This document shows, in pieces, positions 18,366-27,439 of a stretch of 47,642 nt of DNA; the first letter of the stretch is position 1, and each line of letters starts with the position of its first letter. The translations under genes were made by a program, and so were the position numbers. The DNA is taken from positions 1 to 47,642 of the forward strand of contig CAYVJW010000001.1 in assembly GCA_964451885.1 (NCBI GenBank). Direction: 5' to 3'. This stretch comes from an uncultured Candidatus Peribacteria bacterium (GTDB lineage: Bacteria; Patescibacteriota; Gracilibacteria; UBA4473). The notes beneath the pieces are model-generated. The model had not been told where the DNA came from and ran no database searches. It worked only from the letters and a program-made list of their open reading frames with translations.

Positions 18366-20477
18366 ATGATGACAAAAAATGTAAAAACTCATTCCGTTGA
18401 GATTGACGGAAAGGATCTTATTTTTGAGTCCGGCCGGTTAGCCCATCAGGCAGATGGGGCAATATTTGCTACTTACGGAGACATTGCCATATTAGCTACT
18501 GTCGGGATGTCAGATGCTCCCCGGGAAGGAATTGACTTCTTTCCTCTTATGGTAGACTTTGAGGAGAAATTTTATGCGGCCGGGAAGCTAAAAGGTTCAC
18601 GTTTTATGAAACGCGAAGGGAGGCCCTCCGACATGGCAGTGCTGAACTCGAGGATGATTGACCGTCCGCTTCGTCCGCTTTTTCCGAAGGGAATGAAAAA
18701 TGAGGTGCAGATTATTTGTACGATGCTTCAGACCGACGAAAAACGTTCGGCTGTTTCGGTTGCTATGTGTGCGGCTTCTATGGCTTTGCAAATTTCAGGG
18801 ATTCCGATTGAAGCTCCGGTTGCAGGAGTAAGGGTGGGGATAAATGAGGATGGGCAATTTATCCTTGAGCCTACTTTTGAAGAAGCGGAAAAAGGAAAGC
18901 TGGATCTTATGGTGGCTGGTACTCAGGATGCTATTACTATGGTGGAAGCCGGAGCGGATTTGATTTCTAATGAACAAATGTTGGAGGCGCTTGCTTTTGC
19001 TCACGAGGAAATCAAGAAGATATGTAAAGCTCAAAAAGAGTTTGCTACTAAACATAAAGTAACGTCTAAAGAGCCGACATTTGCTGATGAACCGGAGGCG
19101 GAAATGCATGCGGTGGATGAATTTATTTCAGAAAAAGATTTGGACAAAATAAGCGGGACGACTAAATCGGAAGTAAAAGAAAAAATGCATGATTTGGAGG
19201 ATAAATTATTGGAGCATTTTGCAAAGGAAATCGAAGAAGAAACTTTGTCTGCCAAGAAATTGAAAGAATGTCTTGGGAAAAGGTTTTCGAAAAATATGAG
19301 AAAGCAGGTTTTTGAAACCGGAAAAAGGGTTGACGGACGGGCTGTTGATGAAGTGCGGCCTATTCATATCGAGCTTGGGGTTTTGCCGAGACTTCATGGG
19401 TCGGCGATTTTTCAGAGGGGGGAAACGCAGGCACTTTCTGTTGTTACCCTTGGTGGGCCCGGAGATGCCAAGATTATAGATACGCCGCATCGTCCGGAAG
19501 AAAAAAAATATTATATTCATCACTACAATTTCCCGCCTTATTCAGTAGGAGAGGTGAAAATGCTTCGGGGAACTAACAGAAGGGAAATTGGGCACGGAGC
19601 ATTGGCGGAAAAAGCTTTGAAGCTAATGATGCCTACGGCCGAAGATGATTTTCCCTACACGGTTAGGGTTGTTTCTGAGATTTTATCTTGTAACGGATCA
19701 TCTTCCATGGCTTCCGTCTGTGGTTCGACTTTGAGCTTGATGGACGCAGGGGTGCCTATAAAACACCCCATAGCCGGGATTGCCATGGGGCTTTTGATGG
19801 ACGGGGAAACGGGGGATTATCGGATTCTTACCGATATCCAGGGACTTGAGGACTTTGATGGGGATATGGATTTTAAGGTAGCGGGGGATGAAAACGGGAT
19901 TACGGCTCTTCAATTGGATATTAAAGTAAAAGGTTTAAAACTGGATCTTCTTAAAGAGGCTTTGGAAAGAGCGCACATGGGTAAGAATTTCATCCTTGAA
20001 AAGATGAAAGCGGCGATTCCTGCTTCGAGATTGCATATGAATCCTTTTGCTCCGCGTATAGAGTCCATCCGTATTAATCCTGACTTTATCCGAGAAGTAA
20101 TAGGAAAAGGAGGGGAAACCATACAAAAACTTTGCGCTGATTATGATGTGTCGATCGATATCGAAGATGATGGCTTGGTGATGGTTACATCCACAAATCA
20201 AGAAAATGGGGCGAAGGCTGTAGGGGCCATTAAAAAAATTGCTTATGAGCCGGTGGTGGGAGAAGTTTTTGAAAATGCTGAAGTGAAATCTATTATGGAT
20301 TTTGGCGCTTTTGTTGAGTATTTACCCCGGAAAGAAGCGCTTGTGCATGTTTCGGAAATTGCTAATGAAAGAGTAGAAAAAGTTAGTGATTATTTGAAAG
20401 AAGGGCAGAAGATAAAGGTGAAGATTATTGGGATTGATAATTTGGGAAGGGTGAAATTGTCTATGAAACAGACGTAA
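18366..20477 (+). CDS. pnp: Polyribonucleotide nucleotidyltransferase (PNPase)
   Basis: 703 aa with two RNase PH domains (FFPLMVDFEEKFYAAGKLKGSRFMKREGRPSD; HGSAIFQRGETQAL; NGSSSMASVCGSTLSLMDAGVP), then KH (IGKGGETIQKL) and S1 (GEVFENAEVKSIMDFGAFVEY) domains. Confidence 0.97.
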   Translation: MMTKNVKTHSVEIDGKDLIFESGRLAHQADGAIFATYGDIAILATVGMSDAPREGIDFFPLMVDFEEKFYAAGKLKGSRFMKREGRPSDMAVLNSRMIDRPLRPLFPKGMKNEVQIICTMLQTDEKRSAVSVAMCAASMALQISGIPIEAPVAGVRVGINEDGQFILEPTFEEAEKGKLDLMVAGTQDAITMVEAGADLISNEQMLEALAFAHEEIKKICKAQKEFATKHKVTSKEPTFADEPEAEMHAVDEFISEKDLDKISGTTKSEVKEKMHDLEDKLLEHFAKEIEEETLSAKKLKECLGKRFSKNMRKQVFETGKRVDGRAVDEVRPIHIELGVLPRLHGSAIFQRGETQALSVVTLGGPGDAKIIDTPHRPEEKKYYIHHYNFPPYSVGEVKMLRGTNRREIGHGALAEKALKLMMPTAEDDFPYTVRVVSEILSCNGSSSMASVCGSTLSLMDAGVPIKHPIAGIAMGLLMDGETGDYRILTDIQGLEDFDGDMDFKVAGDENGITALQLDIKVKGLKLDLLKEALERAHMGKNFILEKMKAAIPASRLHMNPFAPRIESIRINPDFIREVIGKGGETIQKLCADYDVSIDIEDDGLVMVTSTNQENGAKAVGAIKKIAYEPVVGEVFENAEVKSIMDFGAFVEYLPRKEALVHVSEIANERVEKVSDYLKEGQKIKVKIIGIDNLGRVKLSMKQT

Positions 20478-20478
20478 A

Positions 20479-20564
20479 GAACATACCTGCTACACGGAAA
20501 GATGGTAGAACTTAGAGCTTAGAACTTAGAAAAGAATCTGTATTATTCCTCTAAGTTCTATTTT
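20479..20564 (+). repeat. Intergenic hairpin repeat, copy 1 (probably also the pnp terminator)
   Basis: gaacatacctgctacacggaaagatggtagaacttagagcttagaacttagaaaagaatctgtattattcctctaagttcta+tttt starts 2 nt after the pnp stop. Its reverse complement is about 85-90 % identical by eye to 39535-39636 and 41908-41989. The internal stem is tagaacttaga(20520-30)/tctaagttcta(20550-60), followed by TTTT. Confidence 0.85.
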
Positions 20565-20591
20565 CCGAGATAGAAATTGAAAATTTTTTTC

Positions 20592-21500
20592 ATGGTGCTT
20601 CACGAATCTTTTCAAATACTTTCCTCAGAATCTAACCTCCGTATCGAGGTCCTTTGTGCTAAAAAATTTCCGCAATTTTCCAGAACTTACTGGCAGAAAT
20701 ATGGGAGTTTTTTTGTTGGGGGGAAAGAAATGCCGGGGAAGACAAAAGTTGGGGAGGGGGAGGTTTGGGAGGTTGAATGTACTTCTGAAGGCGAAAGCTC
20801 GAGCTTTCGCCTTCAAAAGGTTGAGCCGTGGGATTATCCATTAAAAATCCTCAAAGAATCCAAAACATGGGTGGTTATAGAAAAACCGGAAGGAATTTCG
20901 GTTCATCCTTCTTCTTCCGAGAGGAGCAATAAGACTGTTGTGAATGCTTTAGTTTATCATTTTGGAAAGAATCTGTCAGTCTCCCCCCGAACAATCGAGG
21001 AAGAATTTTTTCGTCCTGGCATAATACACCGTTTAGATAAGGTGACTTCTGGGGTGTTGTTAATCGCGAAAACGAATGCGACGCATCGGTTTTTTCAGAA
21101 AAATTGGAATAAAGTTGAGAAAACGTATTATGCCCTTGTTCAGGGAAAGCCTCCGAAAAAAGGAAAAATAGAGGCAGGAATCTTACGTGACACAAAGGAT
21201 AGAAAAAAGATGGCCGTTTCGAATGAAGAAAAAGCGAAGGAGGCAGTTACTTTTTTTGAAACAGTCGAGGGAGATGGAAAATTATCTCTTTTAAAAATAA
21301 TTATTCCCACCGGACGCACACATCAAATTCGCGTTCATTTAAGTGCCATTGGTTTTCCGATATTAGGAGACGAAAAATATGGAGGTAGTAAAGCTGATCG
21401 GGTTTATTTGCACGCGGAGAAGTTGGTTTTTCCTGATCCAGATAAAGAAAATATCATTTGCAAAGCGTCTTTGTCACTTCCAAAAAAATTTATAATTTAA
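20592..21500 (+). CDS. RluA-family 23S rRNA/tRNA pseudouridine synthase (RluD-like)
   Basis: Catalytic motif GIIHRLDKVTSGVLLIAK, a later YYALVQG, and GRTHQIRVHLSAIGFPILGDEKYG. The N-terminal S4-like region is degenerate. The start is ambiguous between TTG 20577 and ATG 20592. Confidence 0.85.
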   Translation: MVLHESFQILSSESNLRIEVLCAKKFPQFSRTYWQKYGSFFVGGKEMPGKTKVGEGEVWEVECTSEGESSSFRLQKVEPWDYPLKILKESKTWVVIEKPEGISVHPSSSERSNKTVVNALVYHFGKNLSVSPRTIEEEFFRPGIIHRLDKVTSGVLLIAKTNATHRFFQKNWNKVEKTYYALVQGKPPKKGKIEAGILRDTKDRKKMAVSNEEKAKEAVTFFETVEGDGKLSLLKIIIPTGRTHQIRVHLSAIGFPILGDEKYGGSKADRVYLHAEKLVFPDPDKENIICKASLSLPKKFII

Positions 21501-21505
21501 ATCCA

Positions 21506-22600
21506 ATGAAACTAAAGATTGGCATTGTCGGCCTTCCGAATGTGGGAAAATCCACGCTTTTTAATGCGCTTACAAGATCCAGTCAAGCCGATGCGCAGAA
21601 TTTCCCTTTTTGCACTATTGATCCGAATGTAGGGATTGTTGCGGTGTCGGATAGCCGGCTTCATAAGTTGGAGGAAATAGTTGTGCCGGAGAAAGTAATC
21701 CCTTCTACGGTTGAATTTGTGGATATTGCGGGTTTAGTTGCGGGGGCTTCGAAAGGGGAAGGGTTGGGAAATAAGTTTCTTTCCCACATACGAGAATGCC
21801 ACGGTATATGCCATGTGCTTCGGGATTTTGAAAATACTGATGTCCATCATGTTTCAGGGAATGTAGACGCAAAGCGGGATTTGGAAATTATTCTTACGGA
21901 ACTTGTTTTAGCGGATCTTCAAAGTGTGGAAAAACAAATTGAGAGAGTAGAGCGAAAAGCTAGGTCGGGAGACAAAGAGGCAAAAGCAGAACTGGGATTG
22001 CTTGAAAGAGTGAAGGGGGTATTGGCGGAGGATCGGTTGGCGAGTAGTATGGAATTGACAGATGAAGAGCAAGTAATATTTGATCGTTTTCATTGTATTA
22101 CGGATAAGAAATTTTTGATTGTTGCGAATTTGAGTGAAGCAGATTTCGTCAGTTTTGATGAAAATGAGTTTCGAAAAGAAATACACGCTGATCCTCGTTT
22201 TCCGATCATTCCGATATCGGCACAGGTGGAGTCAGAGCTGGCGGATTTATCGGATGAGGAAGCTTCTGAATTTCTCAAGGAACTGGGTGCGGAACGTTCG
22301 GGATTGGAAAACCTGATCCAGAAGAGTTTTGAAGTATTGGGGTTGGAAAATTATTTTACAGCGGGGGAAAAAGAAGTTCGTTCATGGACTATAAAAAAAG
22401 GATCAACAGCGCCTATAGCTGCCGGGGAAATTCACACAGATTTTGAAAAAGGCTTTATCAAAGCCGATGTGATTTCGTATGATGATTACATTGCCTGCGG
22501 CGGGGAGCAGGGGGCGAAAGAGGCCGGAAAATTACGGTCGGAGGGGAAGGAGTATATTGTGCAGGATGGGGATGTGATACATTTTAAGTTTAATGTTTGA
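21506..22600 (+). CDS. ychF: Ribosome-binding ATPase YchF
   Basis: MKLKIGIVGLPNVGKSTLFNALT, FPFCTIDPNVG, VDIAGLVAGASKGEGLGNKFL, and a C-terminal TGS-like domain (RSWTIKKGSTAPIAAGEIHTDFEKGFI). The track ORF begins earlier (21458), but that start overlaps the upstream gene. Confidence 0.95.
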   Translation: MKLKIGIVGLPNVGKSTLFNALTRSSQADAQNFPFCTIDPNVGIVAVSDSRLHKLEEIVVPEKVIPSTVEFVDIAGLVAGASKGEGLGNKFLSHIRECHGICHVLRDFENTDVHHVSGNVDAKRDLEIILTELVLADLQSVEKQIERVERKARSGDKEAKAELGLLERVKGVLAEDRLASSMELTDEEQVIFDRFHCITDKKFLIVANLSEADFVSFDENEFRKEIHADPRFPIIPISAQVESELADLSDEEASEFLKELGAERSGLENLIQKSFEVLGLENYFTAGEKEVRSWTIKKGSTAPIAAGEIHTDFEKGFIKADVISYDDYIACGGEQGAKEAGKLRSEGKEYIVQDGDVIHFKFNV

Positions 22601-22609
22601 GTTTAGTTC

Positions 22610-23059
22610 TTACTTTTCAAACCTTTCCTTCGCTCCTTCCACCAAATACACGTCCCTTATTTTTGCCTCAATCATTGAATTCCAACAGTCTTCACAACAC
22701 CACCAGTGTCCCCAGAGGTATAAGTCGGCGTTTTTTGGGTTATTTCCTGTTTCCAGAGTATTTCGAATGCTTGATGGTTCGGCATGGTTTTTTGGGTGAC
22801 AGCCTTCACAGAGTTCATAGCTTTCCCCGGTAGGAATGCCTTTTCTTTTTCGTTCGCAACCGTATTGAGCATGATATATTGATCCATTGGCTCCACGGCC
22901 GATGATTTCATCATTCAATACCACGACGGCTCCGGTTTGATGTTTTGAGTCCAGTGACAGTTCTTCAGCGGCTTTTTTAGCTGCTTGCATGAATTCATTA
23001 TTCTCCGGAACGTATAGAATGGTTCGTTCTTCCGGCAAATATGGGAGCTCTATTGACAT
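22610..23059 (-). CDS. dCMP deaminase (cytidine/deoxycytidylate deaminase family)
   Basis: 149 aa. The Zn motifs are HAEPSSI and a Cys pair in WWCCEDCW. An additional Cys/His cluster (CEGCHPKNH) is consistent with the second, structural zinc site of dCMP deaminases. Confidence 0.8.
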   Translation of the reverse strand: MSIELPYLPEERTILYVPENNEFMQAAKKAAEELSLDSKHQTGAVVVLNDEIIGRGANGSIYHAQYGCERKRKGIPTGESYELCEGCHPKNHAEPSSIRNTLETGNNPKNADLYLWGHWWCCEDCWNSMIEAKIRDVYLVEGAKERFEK

Positions 23060-23083
23060 TGATTTCTTTAATTAATACCTAAA

Positions 23084-23734
23084 TTAATATCTATTCTTCT
23101 TCAGCCCTTCAAAATCCCCTTTTTTTATAAACTCTATTTCTTCTTCTGCATCTTTCCTGGAAGCCAATTCTTTTGCCTCGGATCCTTCATATTTTGCAGT
23201 TGAAACTCCGTGGAGCATTGCTTCATCTCGATTGAGGGAGGAGGTGAGTTTATTGAATACGATTTGGCAGATTCGCTCACCGGGGTAGATTCTTATTACT
23301 TGTGTGGCGGTTTTGTTTAGAATCGGGATCATCAGATGTCCCGAATAGTGGGCGTCTACTATTCCCGTTAGGTCAACGGATAAGCCCCGCCGGTTTATGG
23401 AACTTCGTGGATAGAGTATCCCCATCAAATCTGACTGATTGAGGGATATTTTTTCTAATGTAGAAGTAATGATTGATTCTCCGGGAGCTAGTTCAAAAAA
23501 CTTCCCTGGAGAGAGTTCGATTTTTTCAAAATTGTCCCCGGCTGACTTGGTGACGTCGACGGTTAATATCTCTCTGCCTCGGTTGGTTAATTTCCAGGTT
23601 TTTGGCAGGTAAAAAACAGTTCCCAGTCTTAGATCCACGGCATGTGGTTGGTTTTGAAATTTGTCTAAAATAGGCTCGAAGATGAGCTTTTTCGATCTTA
23701 TCAGTTCGGAAATTTCGCGGCGGGTGAGGATCAT
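23084..23734 (-). CDS. dcd: dCTP deaminase (dUTPase-fold), with a charged C-terminal extension
   Basis: MILTRREISELIRSKKLIFEP...HAVDLRLG...GILYPRSSINRRGL...DAHYSGHLMIPILN...IYPGERICQIVF. The last roughly 35 aa (..EGSEAKELASRKDAEEEIEFIKKGDFEGLKKNRY) extend beyond the usual Dcd length. Confidence 0.85.
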   Translation of the reverse strand: MILTRREISELIRSKKLIFEPILDKFQNQPHAVDLRLGTVFYLPKTWKLTNRGREILTVDVTKSAGDNFEKIELSPGKFFELAPGESIITSTLEKISLNQSDLMGILYPRSSINRRGLSVDLTGIVDAHYSGHLMIPILNKTATQVIRIYPGERICQIVFNKLTSSLNRDEAMLHGVSTAKYEGSEAKELASRKDAEEEIEFIKKGDFEGLKKNRY

Positions 23735-23747
23735 GGGGAGTTAATTT

Positions 23748-24251
23748 CTAATTTCTAACTTTGTATTTTGCGTAGATTGATTTCTTCCCCAGCCGTTCCA
23801 CTTTCTCAAGTTCCAGTTCCATTGATATCTCGGGGGTAAAAAGTGACAGGCCTTTGCCGAAAATTATCGGGGAGATGGTGACGATTATTTCATCGATCAG
23901 TTTTTCCTTGGCAAAGAGGGTGTTTATTATGGCGCCGCCGATGAGGATGGCTTCCTTGAAACCTTCTTTTTTCAGGTTAGCCAGTATTTTTTTAGGAGGC
24001 TCGTCTGTGTAGAGGAGATCTTTATGATCGGAAATTCGATCTTTGTTTCGTGTCATAACGATGTTTTTTCTTCCTGGGAGTGGTTTATTGAAGGTGTCGT
24101 ATGTTTTTGAACCCATTATCATTACTCCTGCTTTTTTTGTTACTTCTACAAAAAGCTTTTTATCGGCCTTTTCTGTCCAGTCGGGGAGATGATCGGAATA
24201 TTTCGCTATTTTCCCGTCGAGAGTTATAGCCATGAGGAGGGATACTTTCAT
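23748..24251 (-). CDS. Dihydrofolate reductase family protein (RibD C-terminal-like reductase)
   Basis: MKVSLLMAITLDGKIAK...MGSKTYDTF..LPGRKNIVMTRN...ILIGGAIINTLF matches the RibD_C/DHFR-like fold family. I prefer ATG 24251 over TTG 24260. Confidence 0.75.
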   Translation of the reverse strand: MKVSLLMAITLDGKIAKYSDHLPDWTEKADKKLFVEVTKKAGVMIMGSKTYDTFNKPLPGRKNIVMTRNKDRISDHKDLLYTDEPPKKILANLKKEGFKEAILIGGAIINTLFAKEKLIDEIIVTISPIIFGKGLSLFTPEISMELELEKVERLGKKSIYAKYKVRN

Positions 24252-24340
24252 CGCAGGCAATATAACAGAAGATTCGTAAATGCGGAATGATTTTGAATTA
24301 AATCTTCAGTTCATTATTCTTTTATTATAATCATTACTCA

Positions 24341-25564
24341 ATGAAAATTACTTCTGTTCACGCTCGTGAAATTCTTGATTCCCGTGGAAATCCTACGGTT
24401 GAAGTGGAAATGTCTGACGGGGTTCATACTGTCTCTGCGGCGGTTCCTTCCGGTGCTTCGACGGGAGTGCATGAGGCGTTGGAGCTTCGGGACGGGGATA
24501 AGTCCCGGTATAATGGTAAGGGGGTGTTGAAGGCGGTGGGGAATGTAAATGAAGTGATTGCTTCGGAGGTTGTGGGATTAGATCCTGCCGAACAAGAAAG
24601 CCTTGATAAAAAAATGCTGGATTTAGACGGAACAGAAAATAAATCCCGTTTGGGGGCGAATGCTATCCTGGGGGTTTCTTTGGCTGCTGCCAGACTGACG
24701 GCAAAGCAGAAAAATAGGCCTCTTTTTCAGCATATAAATGATCTTTTCGGAGGGAAGGTTAGTTTGCCGCGTCCTATGATGAATATCATCAATGGCGGAG
24801 CACATGCGGATTCGGGTTTGGCGATTCAAGAATTCATGGTCATGCCTCAGTTTGATGATTTTTCAGAAAATCTCAGAGCAGGAGCAGAAATTTTTCAGGC
24901 CTTGAAAAAAATTCTCAAAGGGCGTGGGGAGGCTATCGGTGTGGGGGACGAGGGAGGATTTGCTCCTCATTTGCCGAAAGTGGCGGATGCTTTTGACGTG
25001 ATACTGGAGGCCATTGAGGCAGCGAGTTATAATACGGAAAATGTAAAGTTGGCGATAGATGTGGCGGCTTCGGAGTTTTTTGAAGAGGAAAAATATATGG
25101 TTGATGGAAAAGTTTTTTCTTCTTCTGATTTGGTGGGTTTTTACGGGGATCTCTTGAAAAAATATCCTTTAATATCCATTGAGGATTCGCATTCGGAGGA
25201 TGATTTTGAGGGATTTATTCAGATGCAGAAAAAGTTTGGCGATAAGATTCAGCTGGTGGGGGATGATCTCTTTGTGACGAATAAAAAACGTCTACAGGCA
25301 GGGATTGATGAGGGACAGGCGAATGCGATTTTGATAAAAGTCAATCAGATAGGGTCATTGACAGAGACTTTTGCAACGATGAAGTTGGCGAAGGCCAATG
25401 GTTTTGGGACGGTTATTTCTCATCGTTCTGGGGAAACGGAAGACTGCTTCATAGCTGATCTTGCGGTGGGGACGGATGCGGGGCAGATAAAGACGGGGTC
25501 GCTGAGCCGGTCGGAGCGGATTTGTAAGTATAATCAGTTGCTGAGGATTGGGGAGAGGTTATGA
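24341..25564 (+). CDS. eno: Enolase (phosphopyruvate hydratase)
   Basis: 407 aa. Motifs are [76 protein letters not shown]. Confidence 0.97.
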   Translation: MKITSVHAREILDSRGNPTVEVEMSDGVHTVSAAVPSGASTGVHEALELRDGDKSRYNGKGVLKAVGNVNEVIASEVVGLDPAEQESLDKKMLDLDGTENKSRLGANAILGVSLAAARLTAKQKNRPLFQHINDLFGGKVSLPRPMMNIINGGAHADSGLAIQEFMVMPQFDDFSENLRAGAEIFQALKKILKGRGEAIGVGDEGGFAPHLPKVADAFDVILEAIEAASYNTENVKLAIDVAASEFFEEEKYMVDGKVFSSSDLVGFYGDLLKKYPLISIEDSHSEDDFEGFIQMQKKFGDKIQLVGDDLFVTNKKRLQAGIDEGQANAILIKVNQIGSLTETFATMKLAKANGFGTVISHRSGETEDCFIADLAVGTDAGQIKTGSLSRSERICKYNQLLRIGERL

Positions 25565-25969
25565 AAAAATCTTCGTAATCCCTGCTGCTAGGATAGCAAT
25601 GAATAAACTAACCATTCCCCATTGCCAGCCAAAAGTTACTTTTACTTTATGACGAGCTTGATATATTTCATCAAGCCGATCTCGTTCTCTATTTTGATTA
25701 TTTTCGACACGTTCAATACTTCTCTCTACAATGTCCAAACGTTTGTCCATTTGATCCAAACGTTTATCCATTTGCTCAAAGCGTCGGTCAATCTGCTCAA
25801 AACGTTGGTCAATCTGCTCAAAACGTTGGTCAATCTGCTCAAAACGTTGGTCAATTTGATTAAAACGCTGGTCAATTTGATTAAAACGCTGGTCAATCTG
25901 ACTAAAGCGTTGGTCGACATCTGCTCGAAAATCTTTTAGTAATTGTAAGATGGTGTCTTCTTTTGTCAT
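25559..25969 (-). CDS. Tail-anchored coiled-coil protein built from perfect heptad repeats (QIDQRFE)n
   Basis: [79 protein letters not shown]... ending in a C-terminal TM segment [20 protein letters not shown] prefer ATG 25969 over TTG 26005. Confidence 0.65.
   Translation of the reverse strand: MTKEDTILQLLKDFRADVDQRFSQIDQRFNQIDQRFNQIDQRFEQIDQRFEQIDQRFEQIDRRFEQMDKRLDQMDKRLDIVERSIERVENNQNRERDRLDEIYQARHKVKVTFGWQWGMVSLFIAILAAGITKIFS
25745..25912. repeat. 21-bp tandem repeat array (8 units; degenerate units flank it)
   Basis: Three identical units gtcaatctgctcaaaacgttg lie at 25787-25849. Two identical units gtcaatttgattaaaacgctg lie at 25850-25891. Diverged units sit on both sides. The array is in frame and encodes the heptads of the 25559-25969 protein. 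Confidence 0.9.
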
Positions 25970-26085
25970 TGTGTATATTTTATTATAATTAATTAAGGAT
26001 GTCAAAAATAAAGGAAAAAATAAGACTTTCGTTTGATTTATATATATTTTTATGGTAAAATCAAGAGATTTGATAATTTTAAACC

Positions 26086-26865
26086 ATGAAAAATCACTAT
26101 CGGTTTCGTTTTGAAGGGGGGTGTCGTTTTGTTTTTTTTAGGAGGATTGGGGTAGAGGTAATGAATTCGGAAGTTGATGCAAATAAGGAATGGGCGAAAG
26201 AAATGAAAGATGCGAAAATTTGGGCGAAGGATGCACAGGATGAGTTGGCGGGAGAGATTGAGAGAAATTTGTCGAAAAATAGTGATAATGTTCGGGAGGT
26301 TCAACGTGGCGATACGATGTACACGATTGTTCGAGGGATGAAAGGATTGAAAAGCTTTTCGTGGAGAAAAGATAAAAATATGGAAGTGGAATACAGAGGG
26401 GTTTCTGAAAAACAGCTTAGAAAAAATAAGGCAGAGACCGGTACGGGAAAATTAAATGATGCCGGTCGGATTTATCCGGGGCAATATGTGTGGCTGGAAG
26501 GGGAAAAAGTGATAGTTTCTACTACTCCGCCTGAGGAGAAAATTGCTACCGATGAGAGACTTCCGGAGTATTCGAAGGCGGATTTGGAGATGTACAAAAA
26601 TGTCGAATTTCCTGTTTTGAGCTTTCACGAAGGGATGGAATTGGAGGCTTTTGTGGCCAGAGAATTTTTGGGGGCAAGGCGTGTTGCTCCTAAAGAATTG
26701 AAATATCGGGTGATAGAAAAGAAGGAAGAAAGCGGGCAAACTTCAAGGAAAAGTTTGGGACAGTTGAGAGCTTGTCGACATCTTCCGGTTCATGATGGGG
26801 AAAAAGTTACAGTGAGGCCGGATCCTGTATCAGAGGGAGTGGTGATTATTTGGGAAAAGAAATAA
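26086..26865 (+). CDS. Hypothetical protein with a LysM-like segment, no signal peptide
   Basis: VQRGDTMYTIVRGM...GRIYPGQYVWLEGEKVIV resembles an expanded LysM peptidoglycan-binding motif (GDTl..Ia ... GQ.l.ip). An alternative start is ATG 26161 (MNSEVDANKEW). Confidence 0.5.
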   Translation: MKNHYRFRFEGGCRFVFFRRIGVEVMNSEVDANKEWAKEMKDAKIWAKDAQDELAGEIERNLSKNSDNVREVQRGDTMYTIVRGMKGLKSFSWRKDKNMEVEYRGVSEKQLRKNKAETGTGKLNDAGRIYPGQYVWLEGEKVIVSTTPPEEKIATDERLPEYSKADLEMYKNVEFPVLSFHEGMELEAFVAREFLGARRVAPKELKYRVIEKKEESGQTSRKSLGQLRACRHLPVHDGEKVTVRPDPVSEGVVIIWEKK

Positions 26866-27299
26866 GAGTGAACAAATAGCAAAATTGAGAAGTTTTTATT
26901 GACTTTGTTTTTTTGATAAGTAAAAAGTCTACAACAAGAATATTTTTCCACTCGGGCTGTTGTAGGATATTATTTACAAATACTTGTAGAGATTTTCTTA
27001 TAACATTGCATTGTTAAGTAGTATTCGACATAAAAAAATTCCGTATTTTTTTAGTAATCCGCTTATGGGCTCATCTTTACTTAGTCTTGTTATAAACGAG
27101 GATAAAATTGTACAGAGTCGTCTGCTCTTAATGTGGGCTGTAGGCTTTATTGACATTTTGCTTGACTTTTCTTGGCAAATAATGTAGGTTGAATTTAAGT
27201 AGACAAAAAGTAAAAAAACAAAAAATAAAAAACAAAAAATAAAAAGGAGTGAAGGAGATATTTTCCGGTTACTTTACTTTGTTCTTTTACATATCGTTT

Positions 27300-27402
27300 C
27301 TATTACCCTTCTCGTGTGGGTTTTGACATATATGAGAGCTTTCTTTTTATGAGAATGTTCGAATCATCTGTCGAAGCCCCGTCACACCCGGAAGGGTAAT
27401 AG
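27300..27402 (+). promoter_or_regulatory. 12-bp perfect inverted repeat framing the leader of the GC-rich gene
   Basis: ctattacccttc (27300-27311) and gaagggtaatag (27391-27402) are exact reverse complements. Extra gtgtg/cacac pairing is possible just inside. The structure ends about 37 nt before the ATG at 27440, where composition switches from AT-rich to GC-rich. Confidence 0.45.
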
Positions 27403-27439
27403 TGGAAAGTTTTTTTAACACCAACCAAGGGGAAACAGC

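Noticed and set aside
25745-25912. Possible CRISPR array, given the regularly spaced 21-bp repeats (likewise the 42-bp repeats at 1-210)
   Set aside because: The units are directly adjacent with no spacers, are in frame, and translate into sensible heptad or 14-aa protein repeats. There are no cas genes. These are coding tandem repeats.
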